Positions 58,431 through 64,000 of a DNA stretch of 64,000 nucleotides are shown here, piece after piece. Numbering within the stretch: position 1 is the first letter of the stretch; every line of letters begins with the position of its first letter. The stretch is from an uncultured bacterium (lineage in GTDB: Bacteria > Patescibacteriota > Minisyncoccia > Phycocordibacterales > UBA9973), in the NCBI GenBank assembly GCA_903892035.1, contig CAITGV010000001.1, positions 18,578 through 82,577 on the forward strand, written 5' to 3'. Position numbers and translations under genes: made by a program. The notes beneath the pieces were generated by a model. The model was not told the origin of the DNA, did no database searches, and saw only the letters and a list, made by a program, of their open reading frames with translations.

Positions 58431-60311
58431 ATGATTAAAAAAACAGAAACATCGCACGCGCCACATACGTCGCATGCATCACATGCAGGTAAAAAATCTG
58501 CAGGAAAGCAACAAACCAGAGGACGCACATACCAATATACAAAGTTTAGTCGCAAACCGCAGACTCGAACTTACCACGCAGAAATTGCACCCAAAAATCC
58601 AGTTGGCGCAAAGTTAAAAATTGCTCCACCTGAAGAAGGTGTTGTGCGTATAATTCCACTTGGAGGAGTTGAAGAAATTGGAAAAAATATGACAGCAATT
58701 GAAATTGGTGACGACATAGTTGTCATCGATGCTGGTATGCAATTTGCGACAGACAGTACTCCAGGAATCGACTACATAATTCCAAATACAACTTACCTCG
58801 AAGAGCGAAAAGAAAAAATTCGCGCGCTTATCGTCACACACGGTCACCTCGACCACATCGGTGGAGTGCCAATAGTGCTTTCACGTATTGGAAACCCTCC
58901 AGTATATTCTAGAAACCTTTCAGTGCTTTTGATGAAAAAGCGTCAAGCTGAATTCCCTCACCTTCCACCACTAAATGCTCAAATAGTTGAACGTGATGAA
59001 ACAATTACTTGTGGAAAATTGAAAGTAAAATTCTTTGGTGTCACACACACGGTTCCTGACTCAATGGGAATTATTATTGAAACTCCTTATGGAAATATTG
59101 TGACTCCCGGAGACTATAAACTCGACCAGATCGACGGTATCGTTTCAAAAGAAGAAGAAAAAGAATATGCAATTTTCGACAAAATGAACGTTCTACTTCT
59201 TTTGACAGACTCAACAAATATTGAAAATGAAGGTTTTGCTATGCCAGAAATTCGCGTGCACCAAGGTCTTGATCGATTGATCAAAGACACTAGTGGCCGA
59301 ATGATCATCGCAGCTTTCGCTTCACACATCACTCGCCTTATTCGTATCGTAGAGACTGCAGAGAGTTTGGGTAAAAAAGTTGCTCTCGATGGTCGCTCAA
59401 TGAAAACAAATCTAGAAGTTGCAATTGAAGCAGGAATTTTTACTCCCAAAAAAGGAACTCTTATTCCAATTGAAGATGTAGAAAAATATCCGCCAAATAA
59501 AGTCATTATCTTGATGACAGGTGCTCAAGGTGAAGAATTTGCCGCACTCAATCGTGCAGCAAATAAAAGTCATAAAAAATTTACACTTCACAAAGGTGAC
59601 ACGATTATTCTTTCAGCATCTATCGTTCCAGGAAATGAACTCTCAGTTCAAAGATTAAAAGACGGTCTAGCTCGCCAGGGTGTAAAGATAGTCACATTCC
59701 GAACGTCTGGTGAAGATACGATTCACGCTACAGGTCACGGAAACCAAGAAGACATCAAATGGCTTCACAGAAAAACTCATCCAAAGTTTTTCATTCCAAT
59801 CCATGGTCACCACTCAATGCTTCAGACTCACAAAAATCTTGCAATCAGTCTTGGAATGCCAGAAGAAAATGTCATTGTGCCTGACAATGGTTCTATAATC
59901 GATATCATTGAAAATGGAACAAAAATAGTTGCTAGAAAAGATAAGGCTCCATCTGGAGCTATGGTTGTCGATGGATTTTCTGTTGGTGACGAACAAGAAG
60001 TTGTAATTCGTGATAGAAAAATGCTTGCACAAGACGGAATGTTCGTCGTCATTGCAACAGTCGACTCTACGGGAAAATTAAAAAAATCACCAGATTTAAT
60101 TTCTCGTGGTTTCGTTTACTTGAAAGAAAATCAGGAGCTTCTTCATCAAACAAGAATTATCATTAAAAAAACAATTGAAGATAGTACCGCAGGAATGAAT
60201 CCAATAAACTTTGATTACATCAAAGGCGTGCTTGGTGACACTATATCAAAATTTCTTTATCAAAAAACAGCAAAACGTCCATTAGTAATACCTGTTATAC
60301 TTAACGTATAA
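58431..60311 (+). CDS. rnj: ribonuclease J with His/Lys-rich N-terminal extension
   Basis: MBL motif IVTHGHLDHIGG, beta-CASP motifs; 626 aa. Confidence 0.9.
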   Translation: MIKKTETSHAPHTSHASHAGKKSAGKQQTRGRTYQYTKFSRKPQTRTYHAEIAPKNPVGAKLKIAPPEEGVVRIIPLGGVEEIGKNMTAIEIGDDIVVIDAGMQFATDSTPGIDYIIPNTTYLEERKEKIRALIVTHGHLDHIGGVPIVLSRIGNPPVYSRNLSVLLMKKRQAEFPHLPPLNAQIVERDETITCGKLKVKFFGVTHTVPDSMGIIIETPYGNIVTPGDYKLDQIDGIVSKEEEKEYAIFDKMNVLLLLTDSTNIENEGFAMPEIRVHQGLDRLIKDTSGRMIIAAFASHITRLIRIVETAESLGKKVALDGRSMKTNLEVAIEAGIFTPKKGTLIPIEDVEKYPPNKVIILMTGAQGEEFAALNRAANKSHKKFTLHKGDTIILSASIVPGNELSVQRLKDGLARQGVKIVTFRTSGEDTIHATGHGNQEDIKWLHRKTHPKFFIPIHGHHSMLQTHKNLAISLGMPEENVIVPDNGSIIDIIENGTKIVARKDKAPSGAMVVDGFSVGDEQEVVIRDRKMLAQDGMFVVIATVDSTGKLKKSPDLISRGFVYLKENQELLHQTRIIIKKTIEDSTAGMNPINFDYIKGVLGDTISKFLYQKTAKRPLVIPVILNV

Positions 60312-60459
60312 AATAAAAGAACAACGAGCAGAATATTAAAATTTTGAGTCGCGTCGGAGTAATCAATTAAGCGAAATACATTAATTTTTCCCGCTTTACC
60401 CTCTCTACGGGGGCTCCGACACGGATAAAAATTTCTGTATTTCGCTTAATTTAAAATTT

Positions 60460-61167
60460 ATGGAATTTCCAATTAGAATAAATAAATATCTCGCAGAAAA
60501 AGGCTACTCCACTCGCACTGGTGCAGATGAATTAATCAGTGCTGGTAAAGTAAAAATCAATGGCAAAAAAGCTGTACTTGGAATGAAAGTAATGGAAAAA
60601 GATATTGTTATTGTCGATGGTACATCAAAAAAAGCATATGTATATTATGCGTATAATAAACCAGCCGGCATTATTACAAATGCTCCACAAAAAGGCGAAG
60701 TAGATATCATTCACTATACACGCTTCCCTCACAAAGTCTTCCCTATTGGTCGCTTAGACAAAGATTCCGATGGACTAATCATAATGACAAACGATGGACG
60801 TATCACTGACCGCTTGCTCAATCCTGAAAAAGTTCACGAAAAAGAATATACAGTAACAGTTGATAAACCCATCACTCCAGAGTTTGAAACAAAAATGAAA
60901 AAGGGTGTAAAAATTATTTCTCAAGGTGAAAAATATACAACCAAACCAGCAAAGGTAAAAATATTAAGTACAAAAAAATTCTCCATCGTTCTAACCGAAG
61001 GAAAAAAACGCCAAATCCGCCGAATGTGTGAAGCACTTGGTCAACAAGTTCAAACTCTCACTCGCGTGCGCATTATGAACATCCTCCTCGGTTCCCTCAA
61101 ACCCGGCGCCTACCTCGAAATCACCGACAGAAACCTTTCAGACTTTTTGAAATTACTTAAACTCTAA
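60460..61167 (+). CDS. pseudouridine synthase, RsuA/RluB family (S4 domain plus catalytic domain)
   Basis: N-terminal S4 (RINKYLAEKGY.TR..A..LI..G.V..NG), catalytic GRLDKDSDGLIIMTNDG. Confidence 0.8.
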   Translation: MEFPIRINKYLAEKGYSTRTGADELISAGKVKINGKKAVLGMKVMEKDIVIVDGTSKKAYVYYAYNKPAGIITNAPQKGEVDIIHYTRFPHKVFPIGRLDKDSDGLIIMTNDGRITDRLLNPEKVHEKEYTVTVDKPITPEFETKMKKGVKIISQGEKYTTKPAKVKILSTKKFSIVLTEGKKRQIRRMCEALGQQVQTLTRVRIMNILLGSLKPGAYLEITDRNLSDFLKLLKL

Positions 61168-61727
61168 AATTCATACACGTACAGCGTACGGGCGAGTTGG
61201 TTTTGATCACGGTGGAGATCTATTTTTTCTGTATATTGTTTTTGAGAAAATTTGAATGTTGCAGAAACTACCCTTGTCCCCTTTTTTAATTCCTTCTCAA
61301 GTTTTGGTAAAAGTTTATCCATCGCTTCGGGATACAAATAAAGAAAAACGTGCGTCGCATTACTCACATTTACTTGGAAAAAATTTTTACACAATATTTT
61401 AATATTTTTATTTTGTCTATTTTTCCAAATACGCAATTTTGCAAGCATATAAGCCCACCAAATAAGTTCGACTCCAACAAAATGCGCCTTTGGGTGTATT
61501 TTTTGCGCTATTGAAAGCACGCGAGCATTACCACAACCCAAATCATATACAATACTTCCTTCATTTAATTTTAGAGTTTTTACTATTTCTTTTATGACTT
61601 CGACTGGAACAGAAACAAACGGTACTTTTGCGAAAAATACCGTTTGCATCATCGATATAAAGAATAAGAAAATTGTTATTGTCGCTAAAACAATAAAAAT
61701 AAACAGAAGTATCAGAACCAAGGTCAT
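61164..61727 (-). CDS. class I SAM-dependent methyltransferase with N-terminal TM segment
   Basis: VYDLGCGNARV motif I; 187 aa. Confidence 0.65.
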   Translation of the reverse strand: MTLVLILLFIFIVLATITIFLFFISMMQTVFFAKVPFVSVPVEVIKEIVKTLKLNEGSIVYDLGCGNARVLSIAQKIHPKAHFVGVELIWWAYMLAKLRIWKNRQNKNIKILCKNFFQVNVSNATHVFLYLYPEAMDKLLPKLEKELKKGTRVVSATFKFSQKQYTEKIDLHRDQNQLARTLYVYEF

Positions 61728-61728
61728 T

Positions 61729-63087
61729 TTATTCTGGTGCCGCTTCTAATTTGAGCGTCACTGTTTTTTCTACACCTTTTGAAAGTACCTTGAGAGTCAC
61801 ACTGTCACCAACTTTATATCCGCGAATAAGAGTTGCAAAATTTGTCGTGTCATCGAGTTTTGTTCCATTCAATTCTAGAATAATATCATTTTCAACAATA
61901 CCAGCTTTGTCTGCAGGTGAACCAGGTATTACAGCGAGGTCGGTATCTGCAGTACCGCGACGAACCAAAACTCCATAATCAACAGACAAATTATTTTTAT
62001 CTTTCAATGCCTGATCGACTTGTGCATAACGAATTCCTACATATGGTCGGACAATTTTTCCTGTATTTTCAACAGAATCAACCACCCCACGCACACTATT
62101 TATCGGAAGTGCAAAACCAATACTTTGAGAACCTTGCGCCACTGCGACATTGACTCCCACGACTTCACCATTGAGATTTAGAAGTGGACCACCAGAGTTT
62201 CCAGGGTTGATTGCAGCATCGGTCTGGATGACGTGATCAAGCGCTTCAGACTGGCCTGTAGCACTGTCACCGGCCGTCACAGAGCGAGAAAGACCAGAAA
62301 TGACTCCAACTGACACAGAATTTTTAAATTGCCCTAAAGCGTTTCCAATAGCAATTACGCTTTGACCCAAATCAAGGTTGTCAGAATTTCCAAGAGAAAG
62401 ATGAGGATAATTATAACCATCAATTTTTATCACCGCTATATCGAGCACACTGTCGCGCGCAACTACTTTTGCTGTATGTTTTTTGCCGTCATTTGTATAC
62501 ACTGTGTATTCTGCAGTTTTATCTTCCACAACGTGGCGGTTTGTAACTATCATTCCATCTGCTGTAACCAGAAATCCTGACCCTCCACCTACTTCTTTTT
62601 TCTCAGTACCATTTTGTTGATATTGAGGAGTATTGAACATAAATCCAGGAAATGGATTTTGTCCACCAAACATATCGCCAAAAGGATTTGTATTTGGATC
62701 TGTTGGATTATTTATAATTTCATATTTTGGAACATTTTTTGAAATAATTATTGAAACAACAGCTGGATTTGCTTTCTTTACAGCATTAACCACAAAAGAA
62801 TCTTCGGACAAAAGTGGCATTGGAATATTTGTAGAAATTTTTCCATCACTTCCAATTTGAGGAATTGGATTGTTTACTTGGTCTTGAACTTGTTTTACAT
62901 ACTTTGTAGCAAAAGAATTATAAATTGATCCACGATAATGCCAAACTACTAAAAATGCTATACCCAAAATAACAACAGAAGAAATAATACCTGCAATAAT
63001 CCCCTGCCCAATATTTTTATTGAATTTTATATTGGTCTTTGTGCCCTCTATTTTCCTATATAGATATTTGAAATAATTGTCTTCCAT
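61729..63087 (-). CDS. htrA: HtrA/DegP-family serine protease with PDZ domain
   Basis: N-terminal anchor; TNRHVV (His), D, GNSGGPLLN (Ser); C-terminal PDZ. Confidence 0.85.
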   Translation of the reverse strand: MEDNYFKYLYRKIEGTKTNIKFNKNIGQGIIAGIISSVVILGIAFLVVWHYRGSIYNSFATKYVKQVQDQVNNPIPQIGSDGKISTNIPMPLLSEDSFVVNAVKKANPAVVSIIISKNVPKYEIINNPTDPNTNPFGDMFGGQNPFPGFMFNTPQYQQNGTEKKEVGGGSGFLVTADGMIVTNRHVVEDKTAEYTVYTNDGKKHTAKVVARDSVLDIAVIKIDGYNYPHLSLGNSDNLDLGQSVIAIGNALGQFKNSVSVGVISGLSRSVTAGDSATGQSEALDHVIQTDAAINPGNSGGPLLNLNGEVVGVNVAVAQGSQSIGFALPINSVRGVVDSVENTGKIVRPYVGIRYAQVDQALKDKNNLSVDYGVLVRRGTADTDLAVIPGSPADKAGIVENDIILELNGTKLDDTTNFATLIRGYKVGDSVTLKVLSKGVEKTVTLKLEAAPE

Positions 63088-63218
63088 AATATATAAAATT
63101 AATAATTAATAATACGCACCCTGTATTCACAATGGTGCATATACAATTGTAGTCAAAATAAAAAACCGGTCAAGCCAAAAAGGTCGATGCTGACCAACCT
63201 GAGCCAGAACCTTTCACT

Positions 63219-63241
63219 GCCTTGCCCCGCAAGGCTTTTTT
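63219..63241 (+). terminator. + strand hairpin terminator (GCCTTG-CCCG-CAAGGC then TTTTTT) with no + strand gene upstream
   Basis: Flanked by 11-13-nt direct repeats (G)ACCAACCTGAGC at 63194-63204 and 63268-63278. Confidence 0.45.
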
Positions 63242-63305
63242 AATTGATTTTTCGTTTGCCCTACGACCCAACCTGAGCGCTATATTTTACAAGGAAATGA
63301 GACAA

Positions 63306-63348
63306 AGTGAGACACGAAAAGGCTACTCTGGGACTGTCTCACTTTTTT
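63306..63348 (+). terminator. + strand hairpin terminator (AGTGAGACA...TGTCTCACT then TTTTTT)
   Basis: 9-bp perfect stem and T6; second + oriented terminator in a row ahead of the GC-rich segment. Confidence 0.5.
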
Positions 63349-63356
63349 GGCTATCC

Positions 63357-63384
63357 TTGACATATACCATATATTATGTATAAT
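63357..63384 (+). promoter_or_regulatory. consensus sigma70 promoter (TTGACA-16-TATAAT) driving the GC-rich ORF
   Basis: TTGACA 63357-63362, TATAAT 63379-63384. Confidence 0.5.
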
Positions 63385-63494
63385 ATACACCGTTCATAGA
63401 ACTATAGCGAGAATGGAGAAATTCGCGGAAAGCCATCAAGGAAACAATTGATCTCGGTCGCACTGACGTACAGGGCACAAACGCACATTTAAAA

Positions 63495-64000
63495 ATGAAA
63501 AGCGTTAAACTAACACTCACAAAGCTTGGCATCGCCGCTTGTGAAAGAATGTTCAAAGCAGGCATCGAAACGATTGACCTGCCTGGAATCGGAGAAATGA
63601 AGGTGGTGACGATCCTCACTCACGAGGACGAATCCATTGACATCATGAAGCTCGAAGAAGAGCTACACCCCACCAGTTCCCACGGCTGGATAAAACAGTG
63701 CATTATGTGGGGAGTGAAGCTCGGGCAAGAGATTCTGCCCGAATCAAACGCGGGAGAGAACATCATGAGCCTCATCGTTCGCACGCTCATTGCGCTCCGC
63801 ACCGAGCATGTGCCGTGCAACTTCATCCTCATGCGTTCGCATGTCCGCGACGAAGGTGCAGTACAGCATCGCAGTGATTGTTACTACAACTATCACATCG
63901 CCCAGCCACAGCAGGAGATGATTGCGACAGCCGTTGCAAACGCCAAACTTGCAGGGCTACACCCCGACCACGCGCTCGCACTGATACCTGGCGCACTAAG
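63495..64000 (+). CDS. hypothetical protein encoded in ~50% GC DNA (partial, runs off window end)
   Basis: Open frame from ATG 63495 (MKSVKLTLTKLGIAACERMFKAGIETIDLPG...) to the window end; base composition unlike the rest of the window; no recognised domain. Confidence 0.4.
   Translation, partial: MKSVKLTLTKLGIAACERMFKAGIETIDLPGIGEMKVVTILTHEDESIDIMKLEEELHPTSSHGWIKQCIMWGVKLGQEILPESNAGENIMSLIVRTLIALRTEHVPCNFILMRSHVRDEGAVQHRSDCYYNYHIAQPQQEMIATAVANAKLAGLHPDHALALIPGAL

Overview
This is a low-GC (~33-35%), gene-dense bacterial chromosome segment. Nearly all coding sequence is housekeeping or cell-envelope related, and none of the gene starts examined has a Shine-Dalgarno motif upstream. Together with a 16S rRNA gene carrying an AT-rich expansion insert, variant universal-primer sites and no linked 23S, this suggests a small-genome uncultivated lineage (CPR/Patescibacteria-like); taxonomy cannot be confirmed without a search.

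Recognisable genes include gyrA (partial), rpsA, pth, lepB, hisS, def, fmt, hpf, an NRAMP transporter, an ahcY-PfkB kinase pair, pepN, rsmE, rnhB, dnaE, secA, secG, RNase J, a rluB-like gene and htrA. Other content is a lipid/envelope cluster (two DedA proteins, a GT4 glycosyltransferase, a sphingomyelin-synthase-like PAP2_C protein, a sugar nucleotidyltransferase) and a MacB-type ABC exporter with HlyD-like adaptor, flanked by two paralogous membrane proteins and followed by a 1101-aa S8 subtilase with a peptidoglycan-binding tail. A surface-protein island at 45.8-52.3 kb surrounds RNase P RNA and a 16S rRNA gene.

The most interesting observations are:
(1) a tRNA-Asn(GUU) gene split by a 569-nt group I-like intron encoding an HNH endonuclease;
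(2) a 16S rRNA whose 3' tail lacks the CCUCC anti-SD;
(3) a family of ~100-nt structured intergenic repeats (three clear copies, with compensatory stem changes);
(4) a ~900-bp AT-rich non-coding region with several perfect palindromes, a DnaA-box 9-mer and a tiny poly-Lys ORF plus hairpin upstream of secA;
(5) an abrupt switch to ~50% GC DNA behind a consensus sigma70 promoter in the last ~600 bp.

No CRISPR array or recognisable defence or toxin system was seen. All calls are by eye from the sequence and ORF translations. Family assignments rest on remembered motifs, not on searches.
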